A stretch of DNA of 63,414 nucleotides, the filler included, from Octopus bimaculoides (taxonomy: Eukaryota), in the NCBI RefSeq assembly GCF_001194135.2. It is 4 parts of 3 records of this genome, joined end to end, with 100 filler letters (N's around TTAATTAATTAA, not from the genome) between each part and the next. Parts side by side here need not be neighbours in the genome. Positions count along the whole stretch, not along the records: positions 28,025 to 55,578 come from NC_068986.1; 3 more parts are not named here. The stretch is one strand, 5' to 3'. The notes under the pieces were generated by a model. That model had not been told where the DNA came from. It saw nothing but the letters and a program-made list of their open reading frames with translations, and made no database searches. The position numbers and the translations under genes were made by a program. How positions within the stretch are numbered: position 1 is the stretch's first letter; each line of letters starts with the position of its first letter. Shown piece after piece: positions 28,134 through 40,251 of the stretch.

Positions 28134-28729
28134 ACACAACAGGCTTTCTATCAGTTTCTGTCTACAAACTCCACTCACAAGGCTTTGGTCAGCCCAAGGC
28201 TATAATAGAAGACACTTGCCCAAGGTGCCATGCTATATGACTGAGCCCAGAACCATGTGGTTGGGGAGCAAGTTTCTTACCATACAGCCACACCTGTGCA
28301 CATGTGTGTGTGTGTGTAAATCGTACTATGTGTATAACCTTTTCAGGGGATGTGGGCATGCACATCCGTGTTCATTGGTGTGTTTTCTTTCTTTTATGTA
28401 TTGGTTAAGTTTGTGGAGCCTTTATGTGTGAATGCGGTGTGTGTAGGAGTACCATGTGTGTGGAAGTTTGTATCAGGGAGTGGGTGGAAAACAGTCTATT
28501 ACGTAGGTGTCAGCCGTGTTGGGGTGTGCGTGTTCATTTGTGAGTGCATTAGTGAATGCTCTGGTCAAACTCTTTGCTAGACTCCAGGGTATTGGTGGAG
28601 GGCACAAATTGAGGGACTGATAATTGTAGTCATGATGGGGCATGCAGGTATGATAGGCTGTACTTCCTTTTATGTGGGCAAGAATTAAAAATTTCACTTC
28701 TGCTATTCAGGTAAATACCTGGGCACTGA

Positions 28730-28925
28730 GTGCTCTTTAAAATCATGATTTCTCAGCCAAGCATAACCTCCACTTCCTGCTGCTATTGAAGTATGGTTTA
28801 CATTTCTCTAGGATCTTCCACTTTATACTGTACTTGGTGGTCCTTTCTTTCAAAGATCAAACATGCTTGGCTAGAGTTGTGGTGTTACATCTCTCTGGGA
28901 TGTTGAAGGAGGACTTGTGGTTGTA
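28730..28925 (-). mobile_element. Penelope-like element GIY-YIG endonuclease C-terminal fragment
   Basis: The minus strand reads GPFRTRYNHKSSFNIPERCNTTTLAKHV*SLKERTTKYSIKWKILEKCKPYFNSSRKWRLCLAEK, the typical FKxRYNNHKSSF...IKWKILEK...CxLCLxEK Penelope signature. Confidence 0.85.
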
Positions 28926-28969
28926 GCGGGTTCTGAAGGGGCCTATATGTGTGTGTGTGTGTGTGTGTT

Positions 28970-29315
28970 TTCAGAATGAGTAACAAAAGAATACCTCATG
29001 TACAGCCAGCTTGATGGTGGGCACAGGTGTGTTAGTCAATCATGGCTCAGATATAAGGACAAACTGAAAAGTAACCTCTCAGCAGTCAATACAGCTCACA
29101 ACAGCTTGGAGTGAACAAAATGGAGATCACTAGATCAAAATGGTATAAGAGACTGTTTCAACCAGCATTAACAAGCTTAGGGGTGCAAAGAAGAAAAGCA
29201 GCTGCAAATATACTGCCTTTACTGACCCATAATCCTCGTACTTGCAACATCTACAGGCTTCTTAGCAAATCATTGCCAGGTCTCAAATGTCATATTTGAC
29301 ATAAGCATTATGATT
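28970..29315 (+). mobile_element. RTE (BovB-like) LINE C-terminal fragment, distinct from the dominant RTE family
   Basis: RMSNKRIP, then a shifted frame giving MYSQLDGGHRCVSQSWLRYKDKLKSNLSAVN, resembling the RMPDxRLPKQxxYGEL..G.R..G..K.RYKDxLKxNL motif. Confidence 0.6.
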
Positions 29316-29508
29316 GACAATGAAAGTGTAGGCTGTTGGATTCTTGTATGTCAAATCAATGGGAGACTCCATCAATAATATAATATATATATATATATAT
29401 AATCTTAATTAAATGATTAATAAGGCCACTATTCAATTTATTTTAAAACATAAAGCTTATGTTTATATACTTTAAAATTGATCTTATACAGGATCCAGTT
29501 TCCTTTTT

Positions 29509-29737
29509 TTAATCCTTTAGCATTCAGATTACTTTATCAAATGTAATGCTTTTTTATTCACATTGTTTTAAATGAATCATACATTATCTCATAGCTTTGA
29601 GATTTTAATGATGTGATTGTTTATATTTAGAACGACATTGTAAGATACATTATGAGGGGCCAAATCTGAACAGTTTGAACATAAAATATGCATAATATTT
29701 GGGCCAGATATGACCAATTTAAATGCTAAAGAGCTAA
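29509..29737. mobile_element. piggyBac-like MITE (TTAA-CCTTTAGCATT...AATGCTAAAG)
   Basis: Terminal inverted repeats with TTAA-like ends. A second copy lies in the opposite orientation at 35803-36030. Confidence 0.7.
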
Positions 29738-29795
29738 CGCAACATTATAGGTCACAAAACAATAAATCAAGTATAAGGGTGATGTTAAAATATAT

Positions 29796-29891
<96 letters not shown>

Positions 29892-31281
29892 CTACCTTTC
29901 ATCAGAGTATTATTTGGTACTTATGATTTATGTCTGAACATCCAAAGTGAGTTATTCTTGGAGCATCTATAGTTTAAGATTGTTGTATTTCTGCATTAGG
30001 GGTAGATGTTGTAAGTTCTAATAGACTCTAGATAAAATAAATTGGAGTATATTTTTAAGAGTATTAATTATAGTCATGGCTGTCAATATGTATGTCTGTA
30101 TTATACATATGGATAAATAGATAAATATATAGGTGTAGGCATGGCTGTTTGGTAAGAAGCTTGCTTCTCAATCATGTTTCCAGGTTTAGTCCCACTGTGT
30201 GGCACCTTGGGCAAGTGTCTTCTATTATATCCTTAGACTGACAAAAGCCTCTTGTAAGTGGATTTGGTAGGCAGAAACTGAAAGAAGTCTGTTGTATATG
30301 TGTGTGTGTGTGTCTTTGTGTCTGTGTTTGTGCTTTCACCACCACTTGACAAATGGCGTTGATGTGTTTACATCCCTGTGGCTTAGCAGTTTAGCAAAAG
30401 AGAATAAGTACCAAGCTTAAAAAATAAGTACTGGGGTTGATTCATTTGATTAAAAATTCAAGGAAGTGTCCCAGCATGACCACAGTCTAATGACTGAAAC
30501 AAGTAAAAGATAAAAGATATATATATATATATAAGTAAGAATACAAATGGGTTGAGGTTTACTACAGCTGTTTCAGATGCTTTTTTTTTTTTTGATGAAC
30601 AAATCAATTACATCATGGAACTGTTTACTTCAGGTGAATAAAAATTTTAACCTAAAATTTAACTTTTAACATTTAACATTTAACAAATATAGTTTGACTC
30701 CTTCATTTCAATGACAATCAGAAAGTGAATATACTAATCATAGCTAGACCCTGTATAGGCTATCCAGAGTCATTAGTGGGTGGTCAGAGGGACAGATAAT
30801 GTAATGAAATACATTTGCACTGGTGCTATTTACCAGACAAATAGCATCCAACCAGGGTCATTTAGTGACAGCATACACTTAGATACATATACAATTCAGA
30901 CACAAGCCATAAATTATACAAACACAAAAATCAAAAATAAACATATTTCTCACGGTGGTGCACCAGCATGACCGCAGCCACTTGGCTGAAACACATAAAT
31001 AAATAAATATATATGTGTATGCACACACACACATATATACACACACACACACTCATATATATACACAAATATACACACATAAATACATATATACAGACAC
31101 ACGTTCTCATACAAGTATAGATGAGCCATTATGCATGCATTCACAAATAAACCAATATATACGTATCAAAACACACATCAACAGATAGACAATCATAGCT
31201 AGGTATATTCATACAAATGGAGCTTATACATTCATACATATACAAGTGTGCATACACACACCTAAGTAACATACACACATG

Positions 31282-31357
<76 letters not shown>

Positions 31358-32819
31358 CATATAAATATGGATATGTACATGCCAACATATATAAGAACAT
31401 ATTCAAATATACCCTCAATAGTATAAATAATATAATTAACGTAACAAAACTTAATTCAAAATGTAAAATATAAGAGTAAGATGGCATATCAAATTTCAGT
31501 TTGAGAATCATCTAACTTATATGGAGGTTAGAGACGATAGTCAAAATATTCATATAAGTAAATTACAAACATACGTATATGTGTATACATGTATGCGTGT
31601 GCACACACATACATACATTTATATACATACACTCACATATAAACACATATAATATAAATTATAATCACTAACTGGAGCCATGAAAACTTCACGGAAAACA
31701 AAAAATGTAAGCATTTGTAAATTGTGTGCTGGTGGTGCCATGAGAAATGTTTCTATATTGGCTGAGGACCCAATATATAAAATACTGTAATTGATTAAAT
31801 TGTAGGAAAGTAAAAGTAACATCCAGAATTTGCTGTGGTTATGTATCTGTCTACTCTGAAAATACTGATAAACATTTAAAAACAAAACAAACCCCATTCT
31901 TTCAGTTACCACTCACTCTCTGTCTCACTCTCTCTCTCTCTCTCTCTCTCTCTGTCCCTCCTCTCTCTTGCTTTACTGCTCACTTCAAGTATACCTCCTC
32001 TGCTTAACACCTTTTATTTTTATTTCTGCCTCTCACTTCAGGTGTAGAAAGGTAACAGTAACATCCACAGGTATCTGCTAAGAGAGAGAGGCAAACAGAC
32101 AGAATAACTGTCAGACAGACAGACATATAGATAGACAGGCAGACAGACAGACAGATAGATAGGCCGCTATTAGGACTGGATTAACATCCATAGTGACCCT
32201 AACGACTAAAAAGATTTTCCTGCCTCTGTATTGGATCTAATACAACCAAGAAAAGGGGAAGTTATGTCCATAGTGAGTTCATACACTATAACACAATTAT
32301 ATTATGCAATACAGCTATACTGACATTTCGTTTCACAGTATGTTACTAGTATATGTTTATCAACAGCAAACATAGGTATCCTACTGTTCATAGAAATACA
32401 GACTAAATATACTCAATTACCATGAAAGAAATATAGAAACATAGTAGACATTATGTAACAGGTTTAAAGTAAATGAATGTTCTTTTTCTATGATGCAAAC
32501 AATTTAACCTAAGTTCAGATGTCTTATTAAGCAGACTACCCTGATATTTTCGTATTTCCTGTAGTGCAGCACTGCATAATCTTCAGTCATATCTGTTATA
32601 TGGTGAGGCTTCCCTAATTATACTCCAGGCAATTTCAAACTGACTATCATAGTCTTTTAATTGCCACACGTCTTCAACCAGTGATGTGATATTAGCTTTA
32701 TTATGAGCCTATGTAGTCTGTATTTGACGTCAGAAGTTGAGCCTATACAGATAAAGATATTAGTGTTGGTAGTTATATCACACTTGTAAACAATATTATT
32801 AGTTAGACATGTCCCTTTA

Positions 32820-33300
32820 AGCAGTCAATTAATCTGGCAGAATTGTTAGCATGCCGTGCAAAATGCTTTGCGGCATTTTATCCATTTTCACGCTCTGGTC
32901 TTCCACCAAGGTCAGCTTTGCCTTTCATCCTTTTGGAGTTGATAAATTAAATACCAGTGAAACACTGAGGTTGACTTAACCCCACCCCACCAAATTCCAG
33001 GCCTTGTGCTTATAGTTGAAAGGAATATTATTATTATTGTTATAAGGTGGTGAGCTGGAAGAATTGTTAGCATGCCAGGCAAAATGCTTAACAGCATTTC
33101 ATCCGTCCTTACATTCTGAGTTCAAATTCTGCTGAGGTCAATTTTACCTTTCACCCTTTCAGGGTCATTAAATTAAGTACCAGTGAAACACTGGAGTTGA
33201 TGTAATCAATTAGTCCCCTCCCCACAAATTTCCGGTCTTGTGCCTTTAGCAGAAAGGATGAATTTCAGGCCTTGTACCTTTAACAGAATGGATTATTATT
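32820..33300 (+). mobile_element. Two head-to-tail family-B SINEs ending in (ATT)n
   Basis: CTGGCAGAATTGTTAGCATGCC...GGCCTTGTGCTTATAGTTGAAAGGAATATTATT is followed directly by AAGGTGGTGAGCTGG... with a duplicated 3' end. Confidence 0.75.
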
Positions 33301-33313
33301 ATTATTATCATTA

Positions 33314-33563
33314 TACAGGGTGTGGCAGAAGGATTGCCCCAATTTCAAAGGTTAACAAAAAACAAACATGAAGATACAAGAAAAAACTTTGTATTTCTTA
33401 CAAATGCACAATGCTCTCCACTCCAGGCAATTGTGGGTACTCGGAAACAGAGAACAAAATGGCATTCAATGAACTTTATAGAAATACAAAGTTTTTCCAT
33501 GCATCTTCATGTGTTTGTTTATTAATCTTTGAAATCAGGGCGAGTTTTCTGCCATGCCTTGTA
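33314..33563. mobile_element. Tc1/mariner-type MITE with about 85-bp TIRs and TA ends
   Basis: TA-CAGGGTGTGGCAGAA...AAAAACTTTGTATTTCT pairs with AGAAATACAAAGTTTTT...TTCTGCCATGCCTTG-TA. Confidence 0.85.
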
Positions 33564-33695
33564 TAAGCAAGATGACACATTAGGAACAATAGTATTACTT
33601 GAAGTTTCAGTACAATTTCTATAGTGGTTAGTATTATTGCTATTACCAATGCCAGCAAGGTGGTTATTGTTTAATAGGATAGGTAGAGGCACAAC

Positions 33696-33931
33696 AAATT
33701 CAGCTACACTAGAATTGTTATGGCTATTAGTTGGTATACCAATATCTGTAAGTTTCCATTAGGAATAGTTATTATACCCACCTCTTCTTTACTGGTTCTG
33801 TGTGTGCTAGTGGAAATGTGGTTACATGCAGAACCAGTTAAGAAGTGGATACAATAACTATCAATGATGAAAACTTTACAAATATTGGCATCCCAACTAA
33901 TAGCCATAATAGCTCTAGTGTATCTGAATTT
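33696..33931. repeat. Imperfect foldback (long inverted repeat, about 16-nt loop)
   Basis: AAATTCAGCTACACTAGAATTGTTATGGCTATTAGTTGG pairs with CCAACTAATAGCCATAATAGCTCTAGTGTATCTGAATTT. The inner arms TTCTTTACTGGTTCTG and CAGAACCAGTTAAGAA also pair. Confidence 0.8.
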
Positions 33932-34088
33932 ATGTAACTGAAGACATTTAATATTATTTGGAAAGAATTTTTAAATAATCTAAGATAACCAAATATGCTA
34001 CCCATCTTATGGGGCCTGTGTGTGTGTGTAAAAGGCTATATGTGTATACATGCACACAAATATACATGTATGTATGTGTGTGTATGTG

Positions 34089-34169
<81 letters not shown>

Positions 34170-34493
34170 ATATTTAGATCTCTAACAAATATTTGGTAAA
34201 ATATTGTACCTGTTATCAAAGTAGCAAAATTCTCACTTGAAAAGTTGTTTATACTTTGTTTAAATATAAAGACTTTCAAATATGTGATACAATTTTGGGT
34301 GCATATCAATTTAAATAAGGGCCCTGAAGAGATGCAAGGCTCTATGTTCTTACCTCAGACAAGAGTGAGTTGGGATCTTGCATTGAAATGTGTATAGGTT
34401 ATTAAACAAGTTTTATTATGGATTGCGTTATGGCTCTTATTTAAATTGATATATATATATATATATATATATTGTTACCTTCTGTTATTTCAG

Positions 34494-34698
34494 GATATTA
34501 TGCCAACTATATCTCAGGAGGAAAGTCACAGAATAGAGATCATGCAGAAATATGGTAAACAAAAAGTGTACAAAGTGATTTCTCATTATTCTGGTCTTGA
34601 CTCTATGGACATCAGCGTGAATGTGGACGACATTGTTGGTGTTATCAAAGAGCAAGACCCAATGGGGAACAAAAGCAAGTGGTTTGTTGACAATGGAG
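34494..34698 (+). CDS. DNMBP: Dynamin-binding protein (Tuba)/ARHGEF37-38 family exon: post-BAR linker and penultimate SH3
   Basis: Acceptor ttatttcag| and donor GGAG|gttagt. DIMPTISQEESHRIEIMQKYGKQKVYKVISHYSGLDSMDISVNVDDIVGVIKEQDPMGNKSKWFVDNG matches the family-diagnostic GVIKxxDPMG...WxxDNG motif. Phase 0 to 1. Confidence 0.88.
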
Positions 34699-35802
34699 GT
34701 TAGTAATCTCATTCTAATTTTCCACACAAAATAATTATCTAACAAGCAGCGACTGACACACATATTCTGTAGTGTTGTCAAATTTTTTATAGTTTTTTTG
34801 GTTTTTTTTCCACAATCCTTTTACAGATCTCAGGGGTATTTTTTATGGCTTAGCCACAGGAGGAAAGACAGAAAAATCCCTGAAACTGCTGAGAGCAAAT
34901 TATTCTCAGAGTAGAGACCTTTCCCAAATGCTTACAACAAAATAATTCCACCAAAGTCTCTCCAGGGTCAGGTCAGGTGATGGTATTGACCCTTTGAGTA
35001 CCAATCAACCCAGCTGAGACTACCCCTTGTTCTATGATACAAACTTCCAGTTTTAAAGTGATCTAAATTAAAACCTTCCATTAAAGTTTCATGTTAATAC
35101 ATGCTCTTAATACCTACTTAATAATGACAACATTTCTACAGATTCCTTCATTATTTTCAAAATTAATTGAAACAAAGACTATGGCAACTAAATGATATTT
35201 TAAGTCTATCATTTCATGAAAAGCAAACCTTTGATCAAAGATACTCTAATCTTTTTCTCAAGTATAGTATATCTATGACAGTATCCAATACAGTATCCAA
35301 TACATCCTTCCTTTTTTCAAAAAGTTGGATGTGATTTGATGGAGAACTGATGTTGTTTCTAACAGGTTGAATGACCACGTAGAGGAATCCTGCTTTGGAT
35401 CATTGACTTTTATTTTATTGATCCTGAAAAGACAAAAATCTTGGTTGATACTTTGGATAAAATACCATTTGTTTGTCTAGCCATTATACTGGTATTTGTA
35501 AGGGTGAGGTATATATCTGATTGCTATATATTACTTGTTTTATCTATCCCATGAAAATGTCCTTAGTATTGAGCCTAGCGAGATTTATACTCAGAACAAA
35601 GAAAACAAAACTAACTACAATATTTTATCCTTAGTCACTTTTTCCTGTTTGTCGTGATTGTCCTAGTGACCAGAAAAATATTGATCACTAAGCTATTGAT
35701 TTCTTTATATTAACATGAGTTTTTATTATCATTGTTTAATCCCAGTTCAGCTATGATCATCTCATTTTGTTTTCAGACATGTTCATTCTTTTTTTGTTTT
35801 CT

Positions 35803-36030
35803 TTAACCCTTTAGTATTTAAACCAGTTATATCTGACCAAAGTATTCAACCTGTTTTATGTTAAAACTGACCAAGTCCAACCTCTCACACCTACTCTACA
35901 ATGTCATTCTAAAATTAAACAATTATATCATAAAAATCTCAAAGTTACAATATTATACATGATTAATTCAAAACAATTTCAATAGATAGGCATTATATTT
36001 GACAGAGTAATCTGAATGTTAAAGGGTTAA
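35803..36030. mobile_element. piggyBac-like MITE
   Basis: TTAACCCTTTAGTATT...AATGTTAAAGGGTTAA; reverse-orientation relative of 29509-29737. Confidence 0.75.
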
Positions 36031-36455
36031 GACAGTATGATTAGAGACGTTGGTTGCTATTTTTAGCATGTTGAGCAACTATGTAGAGGCTCCCTCATTG
36101 GCTTCTATAGATTCCAGTTTATGATAAGGGCTCAACCAATCTTAGCTAGATTTCAACTTGGAATTCAGATGAGAAGATGCATATAACAAGGCATTTGATT
36201 GCTTTTGTTAACTCCGATTTTACATTTTTCTCTTGGTTTGTAACAAGACCAACTTCTGTATTATCAACTAAGTCACTCTTCATTATATTACCGATACTTT
36301 TTTTATTGACTCTCCAGAGAGATGACAAAAAAGGTTAGAACTTGAACTCAGAATGCAGAAGAATAAACTTTCTTCAGCACTATATATGCTATTTTCTGTC
36401 CCTCTACTATCTCATCCCAAATAAGTGATTTCCCAGATTGTCACCAAACTATGAA

Positions 36456-36545
36456 TTTGATATTATGTAAATAGAGGAATTTATCTGTAAATAGTGTGAC
36501 AATTATTTGGTAGCCATGATGAAACTCCGAGTTTCGGATGTTGGG
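36456..36545 (-). repeat. Truncated copy of the hammerhead-bearing repeat, identical to 38849-38938
   Basis: The 90 bp TTTGATATTATGTAAATAG...GTTTCGGATGTTGGG are read identical at both positions. This copy contains only the GAAA/helix III half of the ribozyme. Confidence 0.85.
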
Positions 36546-37030
36546 TATAGTCAAGTGAATCAACATTAGTTCATGATGAAGCTGAACAATGACCAAAGGT
36601 ATTCCAGCATTGACCATGCAATTTCATGTTTTTATTAAGATGTAATGTATCAAAGATCACATTATTTCATATATTCTTCTGTTTTTGAAACTTAAGATGT
36701 GATTTTTGAAGAAGTTTTGGCTACAATTTGTAGCTGATAGCTGTAATGATGAAAAGAAAATTTGTCCTTCAGTAGGATTTGAAATCAAGACTTGAAAGAG
36801 GGCACTAAACACAAAGTGGTATTTAGTCCTGTTCTCTACTTTCACTGCCATAATATTAACAACATTGTCATATATTTACTAAGAGGAATATTTTCATACT
36901 AATTTCTTTGCATCATCATGGAAAGCGGCAGTTGCAGCAGTCAATTTTTTGTTTGATTACTGTCATGTATTTGTTTGTTTTTTTTAATTGTTTTTTTTTT
37001 TAAGATTCTCTCTTGTATTGTATGTTACAG

Positions 37031-37266
37031 CTGTGAAAGGATTTGTTCCGAAAAGTATTCTGTGTAACCCTAATCCCGGAGGCGATGAGGAGAACTACAA
37101 AGAGGTCACTGAACCCCATATTTATACAGAGATAGAAGACAAGGCGTCTCTGGCAGCCAACAAAGCTACCTCTGAAGATTGGCGTCATGTCTATGAACAA
37201 AATGTAGAAACGGAGTCTGACCTTCGTCTGCCTCCTCCCCCAGAAGCATCTCTTGCTTTTGACGAG
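37031..37266 (+). CDS. DNMBP: DNMBP-family exon: end of SH3 and inter-SH3 linker
   Basis: Acceptor tgttacag| and donor GAG|gtcagt. Phase 1 completes NG-A-VKGFVPKSIL (KGFV SH3 end), then NPNPGGDEENYKEVTEPHIYTEIEDK...LPPPPEASLAFDE. Ends in phase 0. Confidence 0.85.
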
Positions 37267-38762
37267 GTCAGTGGAATGTCTTTAAAGTTTCAATGTATTT
37301 TCTTATCATTTACATGCCTGCTTTGTTTGGTCTTTATAATACCAGCACCAAATTACTACACACCCATCATCACTACTGTCACATTCACACAGCCATACCA
37401 AAAAAAAACTTCATTTCTCTGATTCATTACAACCAAGTTCTTATCACCCAACCACCATTACATTCTCACACTATACTACTACATTCTCAATGATAGCAAT
37501 ACCACCACCACCACATTCTCACTGTTGTACTGCTACCAGCACTACCACATTATCACAACACATCTATTATCACCACTGCCAGGTCTCACAGTACTAATAC
37601 TACCACTACTTCCACCACATTTTCACTGCTCTAATACAGTTACTACTGCCACATTCTTACACCTCAATTATTATCACCACTAGCACATTCTCACATCATC
37701 ATATAACATCTGCCTTCCATGCTGGCATGGGTTAGGTGATTCAATAAGGTTTGATGAGTTGGAGGATGATGTCAAGCTCCAATATCTGCTTTGGCATGGT
37801 TTCTGTGACAGAATGCTTTTCCTAATACTGACCACTTTACAGAGTGTACCAGATGCTTTCTTCAGGACACTGGTATTAGTGAGATCACTAAGTAACTTGA
37901 AAAACAAAAAATATCTCCCCTGGACTGAATAGAGAGAAATGAGGCTTTATGCTAGGTTTTGAGAGGTTGTAGAAGCTCTGCCAAATCAGATTGGAGCCTG
38001 GTGTCGACTCCTGGTCCACCAGTCCTCAGTCAAATCGTCCAACCTATGCTAGCATGGAAAGCGGACGTTAAACGATGATGATGATGATGATGTTTTACTG
38101 TAGAGGAGATACATGGCTACCCTACATTATATGAGGATTGATGAATGAGAGTAATTGGGGCGGAGCAGAAGAGATAAAGATGATAGTGACAAGGTGTCAA
38201 GGCTTACCAATGCTACTATTACATACGCTGCCACATTTTTACATCTCTACAACTATCATCATGACTAGTATTTCTAACAAGTCTATCACTACATCATGGT
38301 GTCACAGTTCTACTACTGCCACAACTACTACAATCTAACAACTTTTTCGCTGCTTTCTCACTACTACTACCAGCACTACGACATACTCTTTCAACAGTCA
38401 AATGTCATACCTCACCTATTCCACATAGAACTAGAGAAAAAAAGTATTTCTGTAAATACTTTCTGTATGACTAATACCAGAATGCAGAAACTTGTGCAAG
38501 AATTCAAAGATGATGAAGAAAAATAGGTACCTGACATTACAACCCTTATAGGAATCACCAGTTAAAATGTGGACTATTCTTTTGGAACTTGTGATGCACA
38601 CATCTACAGGATTTTCCAAGTGGATTCCTATTATTTTTCCCTGATCTGCAGAGAATTAAATTAGGCACTACAAGCTCACAATAACATTTAACAGTTATAT
38701 GAAACTGACATTGTTTGCAACAAAAAGTTGTCTCTACCATATATATATATATATATATACAT

Positions 38763-38796
<34 letters not shown>

Positions 38797-38877
38797 GTGT
38801 GTGTGTGTATTGATAGAAAAGGTAAGATAACAAAAGAAAGAAAGAGACTTTGATATTATGTAAATAGAGGAATTTAT

Positions 38878-39066
38878 CTGTAAATAGTGTGACAATTATT
38901 TGGTAGCCATGATGAAACTCCGAGTTTCGGATGTTGGGGCGGAAACCCACGCCGCCATCTCTTCAGTTATCTGGCCTGAAGAGATGGCGGTGTGGGTTTC
39001 TGCCCCGACATCCGAAACTTGGAGTTTTATCATGGCTACCGAATAACTGTCACATATTATTTACAT
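38878..39066. repeat. Near-perfect foldback of about 88-bp arms with a 9-nt loop; each arm carries a hammerhead core
   Basis: The left arm ends ...GCCGCCATCTCTTCAG (38966), the loop is TTATCTGGC, and the right arm starts CTGAAGAGATGGCGG (38976). Confidence 0.9.
38911..38971 (-). ncRNA. Minimal type I hammerhead ribozyme motif
   Basis: Minus strand GAUAA-CUGAAGA-GAUGGCGG...CCGCC..CAUC-C-GAAA-CUC-G-GAGU-U-UCAUC. Helix I has 4 of 5 pairs; the architecture is the same as 16671-16733. Confidence 0.65.
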
Positions 39067-39094
39067 ATATATATATATATATATCATCATCATC

Positions 39095-39640
39095 ATCATC
39101 ATTTAACATCTGTTGTACATGCTGGCATGGGTTGGATGGTGCGACCAAGGCTGCTGGTAAGCTGGAAGGTTGCACCAGACTCCAGTCTCATTTGGCATGG
39201 TTTCTACAGCTGGATACCCTTCCTAATGCCAACCACTCCAAGAGCATGATGAGTGCTTTTATGTGCCTCTGGCATGGGTGCTATTTGCATGACACCAGTA
39301 TCTGCTATGACTGCGATTTTACTTGACTTGACGGGTTTTCTTCTCAGGTATGGCATAATGCCAAAGGTCTTGGTCACTAGTCATTGCCTCTGTGAGACCC
39401 ATGCTTCATACTTCACCACCTCATCCCATGTCTTCCTGGGTCTACCTCTATCACGGGTTCCCTCCACAGTTAGAGATCAGCACTTCTTTATACAGCTGTC
39501 CTCATCCATATGCATCACCTAACCATACCAGTGCAGTTGTCTCTCTTACACACCACATCTGATGCCTCTTCTTCCCAACTTTTCTTTCAAGATGCTTACA
39601 CTCTGTTGTACATGCACACTGACATTGCATATCCAGTGAA
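39095..39640 (-). mobile_element. RTE LINE 3' fragment with (GAT)n tail
   Basis: The reverse complement encodes ...WYGxVMHMDEDSCIKKC*SLTVEGTRDRGRPRKTWDEVVK, followed by the RTE UTR. Confidence 0.85.
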
Positions 39641-40251
39641 TCATACCATATATATATATATATATATATATATANNNNNNNNNNNNNNNNNNNNNNNNNN
39701 NNNNNNNNNNNNNNNNNNNNNNNNNNNNNNNNNNNNNNNNNNNNNNNNNNNNNNNNNNNNNNNNNNNNNNNNNNNNNNNNNNNNNNNNNNNNNNNNNNNN
39801 NNNNNNNNNNNNNNNNNNNNNNNNNNNNNNNNNNNNNNNNNNNNNNNNNNNNNNNNNNNNNNNNNNNNNNNNNNNNNNNNNNNNNNNNNNNNNNNNNNNN
39901 NNNNNNNNNNNNNNNNNNNNNNNNNNNNNNNNNNNNNNNNNNNNNNNNNNNNNNNNNNNNNNNNNNNNNNNNNNNNNNNNNNNNNNNNNNNNNNNNNNNN
40001 NNNNNNNNNNNNNNNNNNNNNNNNNNNNNNNNNNNNNNNNNNNNNNNNNNNNNNNNNNNNNNNNNNNNNNNNNNNNNNNNNNNNNNNNNNNNNNNNNNNN
40101 NNNNNNNNNNNNNNNNNNNNNNNNNNNNNNNNNNNNNNNNNNNNNNNNNNNNNNNNNNNNNNNNNNNNNNNNNNNNNNNNNNNNNNNNNNNNNNNNNNNN
40201 NNNNNNNNNNNNNNNNNNNNNNNNNNNNNNNNNNNNNNNNNNNNNNNNNNN

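Noticed and set aside
33314-33563. Repeat-spacer-like structures considered as CRISPR or other arrays
   Set aside because: The inverted repeats are MITE TIRs. There are no regularly spaced direct repeats with unique spacers anywhere in this eukaryotic window.
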